From the NCBI RefSeq assembly GCF_006345805.1, contig NC_042999.1, positions 120,466,001 through 120,530,000 on the forward strand: a stretch of 64,000 nt of DNA, in the 5' to 3' direction. The stretch comes from Octopus sinensis (taxonomy: Eukaryota). The position numbers and the translations under genes were made by a program. Positions within the stretch are counted from its first letter, which is position 1. Every line of letters begins with the position of its first letter. Shown in pieces: positions 24,981-37,399 of the stretch. A model generated the notes under the pieces. The model searched no databases, was not told where the DNA came from, and saw only the letters and a program-made list of their open reading frames with translations.

Positions 24981-27267
24981 ACGCTTGGAGTACAGGAAAA
25001 TAGATTTGATCCCAAAGCAAAACTAAACACCGACAAATAGTGGGAGCAGAGTTGCTTATAAATCTACACAGCGTGAACTTTTTCATACAGCATAGTATAT
25101 TTTAACAGTCACACACACACACACATCATGCGTACATATACATATGCGTATGTTGATATTTGTATGTATGTATGTTTGCACGTGTGGGCTGCTTAAGATT
25201 CTTTATTAAACAGAACTAAAACCTTCACTGAAAGGGATATGTTATTGTTTCTGGCTTATATATTTATACTTATATGATTTTGCAAATTAAATTTTGTTCT
25301 CAACATTTTATAAAAGACTTGATCTCATCATGTTACGAAAAGGTTTCTTTCATGGAAATTGCATAAAAAATTGCATTCCCAATATTGAAATTCCTCCATT
25401 GTCCTCTCACGTCAATCTACGATTCCTATCTGCTGCTATATGTTCGTCCATGGCTGCGACATTCAATTCACAAATGGATCGGTCTACCTAGTTGAAAAAA
25501 TCAATTCCACTTCGGTTTGTTATATGAAATAAGAGTGATAAGAGCATAATTTCATTAGATTATAGTGTTTGGTTCAAACGATTCTATAATAATTGCTTCC
25601 AAGATGTTTGTTAAAGATACATAGAGATTTCAAATAATGCCGTTAGCAGTTAACCAGTTCCATACACATACAAGCACACATTCTTTTCTTTGTCACTCTC
25701 TCTCAGTAAATACATAATCCATCAGATAGTAGTTTAATATATGTACTAATAGATATTGTGGATGCCAGTAAAAATGTAAGCCTCTTTCTCATTTCTTAAA
25801 TTGTAAACTTTGTCAAAACATGTAATATGTTTCAAGTGTAATCTCTCATACTGAGAAGGCCTTCTTTCATTCATGGTCCTGGACTATATTAAGATATATA
25901 TTCTCTGAATGGAGAACATTAGGGAAATTCGTATAAATGGGTCATTCGAAATACATATTAATGGTTTTGTAAAGAGCCAGAAAATAATCAAATTTAATAA
26001 TTGTTTAACGCACATAAACACCCGGGACATCTTTTCTACGAAGAAATCTTGATTTTTTAGAAATATACTATGAAATTAAATCACAGTTAAGAATACATCT
26101 TGTGTATAGTTTATTGCGTCCACTGCAGCACTCTTCTTGTAATGGCCGGATTTATTGGGAGTCGAAGGAGTTAACTGCCCCAGACATTCGTTGAAATATG
26201 GCACAGGGTGGCCCAAACTCTCAGCAATCTATTGTGTATAGGATCTGTTTCAATAAACAAACATATCTTAAAAACTCTGATGGATCCTCTATTTTGATAC
26301 ATAAGCACAGTTTTAACTACATCAGTTCATTCAATTATAAATACTTTGCTATCCACTCCCAAATTACTTCCCTTAGGAATTAATTGTAGCTGATTTAGTA
26401 ACATTGACAGACAAAAGGAAAACAAAACACTCCAAAAAATGTTTATATATATCTGTGAGTGTTTGGGGATGTTTGTGTCTGTTGGCACGCGCGTACGTAT
26501 GTGTGTGTGTGTATGTGTGTGTGTGTGTGTGTGTAAGAGAGAAAGAGAGAGTATGAATGTATATAAAGATAGATAAAGAGATTGATAGAAAGGAATTTTG
26601 TATTGTTTCTTGTTCAAATTCCTTCTTTCAACACATGACTGAGCAATGACCTTAGATGGATCACTGGCAATTAAAGACGCACGCACTCATGCACATGCAA
26701 GTACACACAAATACAAAAATTCGCACACATATATATTGCGAATGTAAGCTTCATTGTTTCAGTGAGGCACTGAAAACTGGTCTTATTTTACGAATGAGCG
26801 AGTAATATGTTCCAAAATTTAAATTTTGAAATTAGTTTTAATTATAAAATTAATTCTCTCAGCATTTCAAATCCTTTTTTCAACTTTAGAATTACCACTT
26901 TTATGCTCACATGCTTTTCAGTAAATCGAATCTTCTTACTTTCTTATTTTACTATTTTTTTGCCGTTTTGTCAAATACTTCAAATAACTACAGGTATGTG
27001 GGGCAAAACTGGTAACTGGGACAAAATGAGTAATTACGAAGTTTTCATTATTTTTTCACAACCCGTTTTAAACCATTACATTCCAAGTATTGCATCACCA
27101 TTTTGTACTGTTGCATCATCTTTGGGAATAAACATTGGCCACCATTGTTGTTGCAGTTAAGGCAGTTTGACACAGTCAAGCAAGTACTTTATTTTCTACT
27201 TCATTTTCAAGAATTTTTTCCTCAAACTTTACCCAGTTGTAATTGAGATTGCTAATAAAATATCTGT

Positions 27268-27515
27268 GGAGGGACATGGCTTAGTGGTTAGGGAGTCAGC
27301 ACTATGATCCTAAGATTGTGGTTTCGATTCCTGGACCGGGTGACGTGTTGTGTTCTTGAGCAAAACACTTCATTTTACGTTGCTCCAGTCCACTCAACTT
27401 GCAAAAATGAGTAACGCTGCGATGGACTGGCGTCCCGTCCAGCTCAGGAACACATACGCCGTAGAAACCGGGAAACCAGGCCCATGAGCCTGGCTAGGAT
27501 TTAAAAGGGCGCATT
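27268..27515 (+). mobile_element. tRNA-derived SINE with CORE-like central domain (family C)
   Basis: A-box tggcttagtggtta, B-box gtttcgattcc, then ttgtgttcttgagcaaaacacttcattt (CORE-like) and gcgatggactggcgtcccgtccag. Confidence 0.75.
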
Positions 27516-28689
27516 TATTTTTTTTTATTTTGATAAAATATATAGATATTTTTTGATGTTTACGAATGCAAATTCTTTCTCTGTTGGAATCGAAGTCAAT
27601 TGTTTCCCACATTAATGTTTAATTTGATAATTTTTAATTTTCAATAACTGATGTCTAAGCTGGAGCAAAATGTGTAATGACTAATTTCAATAATCTCTTC
27701 TCTTTAACTGCATCGTGCATAAATGTATCAGGAAGAGAGCCAACCTGCTTTAAGTACCCCATATAACCCCTCATAGCTTTTTTAATTTTTTGGAATTTTC
27801 AGAAAAGTTTTGCGAATTTGTAATATACACACGGGAATTCATACGACTACGAAAATGCCAAAAACATTTTTGTGTGTAATGTAAGGGCTATTTAACTGTT
27901 ATTTTTAGTGCATCTCAGAACCATAGGATACCTTCCTTGATTTTTCTTTTGTCACTCTAACGTATTGATGCATTTCAATATCTTTCTTCCCATAAACACA
28001 TTTAGTGGTCTTTTGTTGTGATTTAAGTCAAAACTTCGGACTGCCTGTGATTTAACGAATTCGAAAAATTTTGAAAAGATCTTTTTTATTAGTTGTATGA
28101 GTTCTCGTGTGTGGAACACAAATTCATAAAAATGTTTTGAAAATTTCAAAAAATTAAAAAGTTATGGCGGGTTATATTGGTTGCTCAAACTAGAATTCTG
28201 CTGAGGGCCACTCCAATAGAGAATATTTCATGTTGAGTTTTTTTGATTAAGTCAAATTTCGTTAATTTCATATCGTGCTATTTTTCGATGTTTCCTTTTC
28301 ATTTGTCTTAGATTTTAAAATTTTGTCTGAATATCTGATCTTTGTGGTGTCTAAGAATGGATATTGATGTTTAATGAGTTTTTCAGAAGTAATTCTGGAG
28401 AACTGAAAAAGCAAATTTACTTTATCTTGTCTTACTCATTTTGCCTCATCTAAATTTGTCCTTAATATGCTCAAAGAAAACGGAGTTACTTTACTGAGAT
28501 CGTGTTCTAAATATGTTATAGTATTTTTAATGCATTTAGAGATGGTAATTTGCTTAGCTGATGAATTTCCTTTTAGATAGTAAACATTTATATATTTTTC
28601 TCTAAGTCAAAAATGCAGTATATATTACTCATTGTGCCCCGCCATCCCTTACTGGAAACTGGAAATGCAGACTTTCGGAATATTATTTA

Positions 28690-30165
28690 TTATTATGGCT
28701 GAGTTTCAACACAGACTGCAACAACAAGTCTATCTGCCGCACTTTTCATAACTGCTTAGAGGTCCTGGTTACATTCCAGGCCAGTGTCTGTAATCAAGTT
28801 ATCGATGTAAGTGTGACGACGAATTCCTCTAAATATACCAATATGAAGCGGGTTTCACAAGGCTAATTTGGATGCTCGCAGCCCAGCCTGACGCACGCAG
28901 TGATCGAATAGTCGTAGCCGTCTTTGACTTATGCTCTAGCTAACTTTCAGCAGATCTCCATAAAAGCAATTCATTCGTCGTATGTTCCTGTCATTTCATA
29001 TTTAGAGCCATTCGTAGCATCCTTGACTAGCATGCATTTAGCCTATTTGATAATTTCTTTGTCAGTGACCATATTTCACTACCATTCAACAGTTGCAATG
29101 ATCAACTCGATTTTGATTTGCCTGAGCAATTTGGAGTTCCAGATTTTTTTTTTTTTTTTTTGCGACAGACTTTCCATGCTTGTGCCATCCTGATCTCGAT
29201 GCCTGCTTCCAAATTGCTCACCCAACCACCAAAATACGTAAAGTCTTCAGTAACATTCAATTTGGAACCGCTCAGAACAAACAGTTCAATATCACTTGAT
29301 TATTTGAAAGACATATATTCCATTTTCTTGACATTTGTGTGCAGTCCTATTTTAGTAGCTGATGTTTCTACTCTACTGAACAGCAGCTGAGCTTGATCTA
29401 TTAGATATGAGTTATTAGATATGAGTGTTGTATCACCTGCAAAGCCCAGGTCTGTGACAGTTACTGCTGGCACTCCCCATGATCTTTGCCGGTCTACAAT
29501 GAAAGCAAGGTCTTCGTTACTATTGTCTAATCCAATATAATTGCAAACAGATATGGTGCAAGCGTATCTTCTTATAGCATTCCAGCAAGGATTTAAAAGC
29601 ATTCAGTGTCGAGAATAGACTGAAAGAGGGAAAATTATTAGCCCTGATGAAATACCTCCTGAAGTTATCAAGAGGAGCAATCTCTATGAAATAATACTGG
29701 ATTTTGCAAAATAAGCTCTTGCAGAACCAAGGAAGTTCGGAGCAGTGGTCCAATACCGATCCCAGAGTCAAGAAACTTCAGCAAGGAAACAAGATACAGA
29801 AAAATTGCACTGACCAATTTCTCACTCTAAGTCATCAACCGAATGATCTTCAACAGGATTCAATAGGTGCTTGATAGCCATCTAAAGCCAAATCAAAATG
29901 GCCTTCTAGCAGAGGGACCCACAGCATCTCAGATCTTAGCCCTGAGACATATCACAGAAGTTAAATCAAGACCGATATCTGCCATTTTAACCTTCGCGGA
30001 CTTCAGCAACGGGTTTCACAGCATCCATTGTTACAAAAAGGCGAAGATCCTTTGAGCATATGGCATTCTAGAAAAGCGAGTTCTTGCCATTTCAAAGACC
30101 TACGAGAAGACCAGCACTCGTGTGTTGTCACTAGATGGAGAAATGAAATTCTTTCAGATAGCTAT
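28690..30165. mobile_element. RTE-clade LINE, 5'-truncated with internal inversion
   Basis: Plus strand 29594-30163: GPDEIPPEV...NRMIFNRI...LKPNQNG...QILALRHI...ADFSNGFHSI...DGEMKFF. Minus strand 29600-28690: ILAG...DTLAPYLF...DLGFAGD...VEDF.YFGGW...GSEIWSLT...RRLRLFDHCVR. Confidence 0.85.
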
Positions 30166-31589
30166 CCTATATATATATTGGAATTTCCACAATTTTGTCA
30201 GGATTTTCACTCTTTTTTCATGTAATGCAAAACAATCGCGTTAAAGAAAAGAGAAATCTTACTCTCTCTTCCCCACTTCATTGTACTTATTAAAATGAAG
30301 GAAAAGTCAAACACTGCCAGTGGATGTAAGAAAAGAATTTGAATTTTGGAAAGTGCATCTATAAAGCGACATTTTCAGTCGTTTACGTAAACTTTGTCTA
30401 CTAACTCATCAATTACAATTACATGAAATAGATATGTTTTGAGATTTAAAATTGCACATTTTCCAAGATTTTAATTCTTCTGTATGAGAGGGCCTGCCGA
30501 ATTTGAAGTTCTACGGACGACTCATGGTTTGAACCCAGTCCTGCTTTTTGGAGTCGAGTTACTCAAAACTATAGAGCTGGCTTAGGTCGGTTTTTAATTC
30601 AAGCGGTAAAAACACTTCACTGTATACGAGGCATTACTTTCTCCGACATTCTACAAACTCTGATAGTCACTAACACAGAAACCATATAAAATCAATTGAC
30701 CGAATATTATATTTTATTTATAAAATTGTAAGTATGATATTAAATATTTACTTATAATATTTTAAATCTAAATAAGTAAAAACAGGCATCCATTTGAAGA
30801 GCATACTAAGATATTCTGAGTTTAAGTGGAAAATTCAAGATATTCTATATATACTAATATTGAAGTAAATATCAGGTATACTAATTCTAAGAAAGACGAA
30901 AGATGGTGCTTAGAATACTGATGTTTCATGAAAGAATTGCATAATTTTTTTAAAGAAACTACGTACCAGCTATATGTGCTCTTACCTTATTTCAGCAGTG
31001 AATGATAATAAATTTGCATAAAACAGGTGTATATTGGGAAGTTCTAATGTAAGTTGCAAAAGATTGCATATGGCAATTAAAAAATCGATTCTTACTTTGT
31101 CTTGGCGAACATCTTAATATTTGTCGTCCCCACCTCTCTTTCTCTCTGTCTCTATCTATCTGTCTCTTTCTCTCTCACCGGCCTAGGTAATGTATTCATC
31201 GTTCGTTTGAACGCATACGTGTATTATCAGCACGACAATCCAAATGTTTTGCAATACTGACAATAGAAAGTTTTACTTTTAATATAGATTTCAAATAAAC
31301 AGTGCTTACTTTTTTATATCTCGTTTTACTGATCGATATTTTGCAGGTGTCACCAAATGTATTTATTATTTATTACACAAACACATGGCCTAATATTTGT
31401 AGTAAAGTTGCACAATGCAAATATTGATTTACATATAGTGATATGACTGCAACCTGGAATCAAAATTGTGTTGTTGTTACATCTTACCAAACGTAACTAC
31501 TCACAAAAACATGGCATTAATATTTTGTATATTGCAGATTTCAGTCAGGTAATATATGGTATATATGTATATATATATATATATTATAT

Positions 31590-31649
<60 letters not shown>

Positions 31650-32009
31650 TATATACATATACTATATATACATACATACATATATATACATATATATATA
31701 TACATATATATATACATATATATATATGTTCAAAGGTTATATGGATACAGATTGTGTATCAAATAGCTAACTTAAGGCGATGGCCTCATGGAGCTAATAA
31801 GCGGTCAGCTTTTTTCTTATTTTTATAAGAATGCCATATTAGTATGGCGATAACTAATATTTTCCGGGAACGCTGCCGTTGTTCTCTTTTAGAGACTTAG
31901 TAATTTTAATATTTCTATTATTGAAACAAGTGGATGTATTCCACCGAAGCTAGGTAAATAAAACCTTTGAACAGAGATTGTCGGAAGCGACACCTACTGG
32001 TTTGGCTAC

Positions 32010-32051
32010 GCTGCATTGAAAAGGGGCAATACCCCGAAACGCGTCTGTAGC
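32010..32051 (+). ncRNA. Type I hammerhead ribozyme motif, array copy 1
   Basis: gctgca TTGAAAA gggg caata cccc GAAA cgcg TC tgtagc; predicted cleavage after 32045. Confidence 0.7.
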
Positions 32052-32369
32052 TGCCGGCCAAGTAGTGTGGAGCGACTGACCTCCCTTGTTCAAAGGTTAT
32101 ATGGATACAGATTGTGTATCAAATAGCTAACTTAAGGCGATGGCCTCATGGAGCTAATAAGCGGTCAGCTTTTTTCTTATTTTTATAAGAATGCCATATT
32201 AGTATGGCGATAACTAATTTTTCCGGGACGCTGCCGTTGTTCTCTTTTAGAGAGACTTAGTAATTTTAATATTTCTATTATTGAAACAAGTGGATGTATT
32301 CCACCGAAGCTAGGTAAATAAAACCTTTGAACAGAGATTGTCGGAAGCGACACCTACTGGTTTGGCTAC

Positions 32370-32411
32370 GCTGCATTGAAAAGGGGCAATACCCCGAAAC
32401 GCGTCTGTAGC
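32370..32411 (+). ncRNA. Type I hammerhead ribozyme motif, array copy 2
   Basis: Identical to 32010-32051; predicted cleavage after 32405. Confidence 0.7.
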
Positions 32412-32729
32412 TGCCGGCCAAGTAGTGTGGAGCGACTGACCTCCCTTGTTCAAAGGTTATATGGATACAGATTGTGTATCAAATAGCTAACTTAAGGCGA
32501 TGGCCTCATGGAGCTAATAAGCGGTCAGCTTTTTTCTTATTTTTATAAGAATGCCATATTAGTATGGCGATAACTAATTTTTCCGGGACGCTGCCGTTGT
32601 TCTCTTTTAGAGAGACTTAGTAATTTTAATATTTCTATTATTGAAACAAGTGGATGTATTCCACCGAAGCTAGGTAAATAAAACCTTTGAACAGAGATTG
32701 TCGGAAGCGACACCTACTGGTTTGGCTAC

Positions 32730-32771
32730 GCTGCATTGAAAAGGGGCAATACCCCGAAACGCGTCTGTAGC
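32730..32771 (+). ncRNA. Type I hammerhead ribozyme motif, array copy 3
   Basis: Identical to 32010-32051; predicted cleavage after 32765. Confidence 0.7.
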
Positions 32772-32991
32772 TGCCGGCCAAGTAGTGTGGAGCGACTGAC
32801 CTCCCTTGTTCAAAGGTTATATGGATACAGATTGTGTATCAAATAGCTAACTTAAGGCGATGGCCTCATGGAGCTAATAAGCGGTCAGCTTTTTTCTTAT
32901 TTTTATAAGAATGCCATATTAGTATGGCGATAACTAATATTTTCCGGGAACGCTGCCGTTGTTCTCTTTTAGAGAGACTTAGTAATTTTAA

Positions 32992-33061
<70 letters not shown>

Positions 33062-33867
33062 TGTATATATATATTTATATAAAACAACATGCACCAAATA
33101 CAAAAATATACTAGAACGTTCTATAATTGACGTTAATACATTTTTAAAGTAAAGTTTCACCTTCATGTTGAAATAAACTATTTGAAACATTCCTGAAATT
33201 TATAATTTTTTCCATTTGCATGATAAGCAATATTTGTTGTGAAAGTGTAAACTATTTGTCTGTTTACATATCTATAAATTATTTTATTTATCTTAGATGA
33301 ATAAAATACGAGACAGAGACGCGAGCGATTTATACCCAGAATGTAGAGCCACTCACCTTTATATTAACAATATCTTTAACTGCTTTCATTAGTATTCCCT
33401 TTGAAACAAGATAATAAAACTTATGCAAAGCATCAGAATTAGGTACCGTGATATGTTTATTCGCCTTTATAATAATGCCTATGCCGCTTTGTCTTCTGAA
33501 TTAGACATTAAAACGGGCGTTACAAATTAAAACAATGAGTTTTGAAAATATTGTGGGCAAATTAACTTAATAATGTACTTAAGCCATGAACATTACCATT
33601 TAAGACTGTTTGAATTATCAATGTAAATAAATACATGTATACTCGTGTGATACACAGAGTGTAACAACTTAATGAAGCAACCCCTCTCCGGTTAGTGACT
33701 TTTGCTATAATTCGTATGTTTGACATCAACTATTATATAAAATGTGTTGCATATTCGAATCATCTTGAGCATCACAGAGATCGGTAATACTAGACTTTAA
33801 ATATATATGAACTTGAGTGTCAACGTAGTAGTTCTCTAATTTAGTTATCATTATTATATCATTTGGT

Positions 33868-34085
33868 AGGGCGGTGAGCTGACAGAAGCGTTAGCACGCC
33901 GGGCGAAATGCTTAGTGATATTTCGACCGACTTTACGTTCTGAATTCAAATGCCACCGGCGTTAACTTTGCCTTTCATCCTTTCGGGGTCGATAAAATAA
34001 ATACCTGTTGGATATTGGGGTCGATGTGATCGTCTCATTCCCTCCCCCAGAATTGCTACCCTTTAGGAAAAATTTGAAACCATTA
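33868..34085 (+). mobile_element. SINE family A copy
   Basis: ggcggtgagctgacagaagcgttagcacgccgggcgaaatgcttag...ctttgcctttcatcctttcggggtcgataaa. A more decayed inverted copy follows at ~34130-34320. Confidence 0.85.
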
Positions 34086-35199
34086 TGTAATTTGGCATAC
34101 GAATTTATGGTTAATTTCTCTTAACACATAGCATAAAGCCCGAAAGTAAGTGGGGTGAAGATTTAATCCTCTCCAAACCAACAACCCCCAGTACTTGATT
34201 GATACATTATTTATTGCCATCGAAAGGGAAAATGATCAATTTAGCTTCAGTGAGATTTGATCCTAGAATGTATAAAACCCTGAATAAATACTGCTGAATT
34301 TTTGGAGTGGCTGCTACGATTATAGGAATCCAGCGCGCTAGATGCATTTATAATAATTAAATCGCGGTTGGTCTTGTGACAAAAAATGTATGGACATCAG
34401 AGTATGAATATAATCTTGAAGTGGCACTTCGACCTTTTATCGAGTTGTACTGGCACTTTAAACATTATGAGCAATCATCTGTTAATGGAGCCCTTCTATA
34501 TTCAAGATGTAGCTTTCTCATGTGGTCGTTAATTAAACCCATAACATTCACTTTTCCACTATTATGAAGAGTTCAAAATGTCGTAAGCCGAGAAATATTT
34601 CTTTTGGCAGAATTGAATATTCCTCTCCCAATAATAACGGTTTCATTTAGCTAACATAATGGTAAAAATAACTTCTTGTGTAGACACGGAGTCTCAATTA
34701 TATAAATGATGTGAGATCTTGATCAGTTATTCTATATTCTATTCAAGTGGATAGTGACATATGTGAAACATTCTCTACTGGCTACCTCACCATGAACGAA
34801 GTATAACCTCAGTGCTCATTATTACATAGTAACACCTTTAAATACGCTTCTGAATTAAGCTGAATACGAATTTTATTTAAACCTCACATGAAGGCGATCA
34901 GGCACCTTTTAAATAGAAGGCATTTAAATGTATAAGACAGGAATCAATTTGAATATTTCCCAAGGAATAATGAATAGTATTAGAGAAGAACCAAGAGAAA
35001 ATTACACGTCGTTAGAATATATAGTAACTTTATTCTGAAGTGAATATGCACTGAGACTACATTTCATACTGCTTGATAAAGACAATAAAATAATATTAGT
35101 CACGTACATACACGTAAATATATATATATATGAATACTACTTATACAAATATATATATGCATACATACCTGTCTCCCTGTCTCTCTGTCTCTCTCTTTC

Positions 35200-35210
35200 T
35201 CCCTCTCTTC

Positions 35211-35265
<55 letters not shown>

Positions 35266-35314
35266 TGGATAGATAGATAGACAAATATATATATAGATAG
35301 ATAGATAGATAGAT

Positions 35315-35403
<89 letters not shown>

Positions 35404-35850
35404 GTAGCATTTATATATATAAAACATCGACAATGAAGGTAAGTAAAATGACTGAAAAAGACAAAGTAATAAGGTAACAGATTAGATTTCAATGCAAGAT
35501 TAAATGATTAACCAAGAAGATTAGTCTTTATTGTATCAGCTGTATGAATAACAACAAGCATATTCAATGTAAGGAATAGAATGTACCGGTACTAATTAAA
35601 TAAGCGAAAAATTTAACTGATCACTCAGAGAGGGAAAATGCGAAAAGAAATATGAAGTAACAGAATTTACGATTCGCCTTCTGAATGCAGAAAGGAGAAT
35701 GTTGAATTAATTCCAAATAATGTAAACTGAGTAGCAAAGAAACAGTTAAAACATATTGATGACGGGAAAAGAAAATGATAGTTCGTCCCGCAATCAGAAA
35801 AGAATAATAGTGACTCCCCAAAATAGAGTAGAAAAACTTAATAACAGTAC

Positions 35851-35915
<65 letters not shown>

Positions 35916-36177
35916 TATATATATATACATACATAATACACTCCACATATATATATATATAGATATTCATATATATATATATATATACATACATAATACA
36001 CACCACATATATATATATATATATATATAATATATATATATATATATGCATATATATATACGTGCATACATACATAGATAGATCGAGAGATAGATAGATA
36101 GATACATAGATAGATAGATAGAAAAACAGACAAAACAGCAGAGAGACAGACAGACAGCTAGATAGATAGACAGAGAG

Positions 36178-36248
<71 letters not shown>

Positions 36249-36465
36249 TACATATATACATATATACATATGAATATATATGTATATACATATTACAAAT
36301 ATATAGATACATATATACACACACACACCTCTAGGGGTGTATATATACACATACAAATCTCTATATAAATATATACATCCATACATACACACACACATTC
36401 ACACACACACACACACACATATATATATGTATATATGTATTTATATCTATGAAGATGGTTATCTC

Positions 36466-36516
<51 letters not shown>

Positions 36517-36530
36517 ATACATACATAAAT
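35200..36530. repeat. Compound (TA)n/(GATA)n/(CA)n microsatellite blocks
   Basis: Direct reading (35200-35400 and 35850-36530); source of the IYLS- and IY-repeat ORFs. Confidence 0.9.
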
Positions 36531-37232
36531 GTATGCATGTAGTTATGAAAGAATTAGTTTTGATAGGCAAAAGTAATATTATACTTGTAGCGAATTAATA
36601 GCTTTCAGAATCCTGAACAAATTGATATATGGCTTTTATCCATTCAAATTCTAAAAACTACACACAAACAATTCTTCTCTGCTGAGTCTCAAATTTCACT
36701 AATACATTTGATTCACTCATCAGGACCAAAGACTACATGATACAGACTATATATGCAGAGAAATTCAGTTATAATCAGTAACTGATAAATAGAAGATTGC
36801 AAATATGATTAACCGAATTGCCTCTGGAAACATAGGCATTGTGGGATCTGAGTAAAGTAAATGATGTGAGCGAAAAGTAACTTAATAGATTGCAAAATCT
36901 GACAATATTAATAAGTCAAAACTTAAGACAGATACTGTAGAAACACGTCACCAATATCACAAGGTCATGCCATCATGAAAAGAAACAAATAAAATTCCAC
37001 TGCTTGATATAATTGGCAAAGACCACTAAAGTTGATGTCAACATATAGGTCTCTCTCTCCCGACTGGCAAATATAAATCTTCCTTTAACGAGATCCGTTA
37101 AAAGAAGTTAGGACTACCTAGAATTAGATTTGAAATGGAACCATTTCCAATCATAGTGCTATAACATATATATATATATACGCAATATAAATACGCGTGT
37201 ATGTTTATGCAAATTGGTTGTACATACATATA

Positions 37233-37276
<44 letters not shown>

Positions 37277-37286
37277 ATATATATAT

Positions 37287-37368
<82 letters not shown>

Positions 37369-37399
37369 TGTATATATGTATATATGTATATTGTTGTAT

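Larger units (their letters stand above)
31728..33000 (+). repeat. Tandem array of 360-bp units (~3.5 copies) inside (TA)n
   Basis: caaaggttat recurs at 31731, 32091, 32451 and 32811; units are almost identical; (TA)n flanks both sides. Confidence 0.97.

Noticed and set aside
31728-33000. CRISPR-like interpretation of the 360-bp array (and of the 15-bp repeats at 22317)
   Set aside because: Units are identical head-to-tail repeats with no unique spacers, no cas genes, and the context is eukaryotic.
36690-36725. CTGATGA...GAAA on the minus strand
   Set aside because: No stems form around the core.
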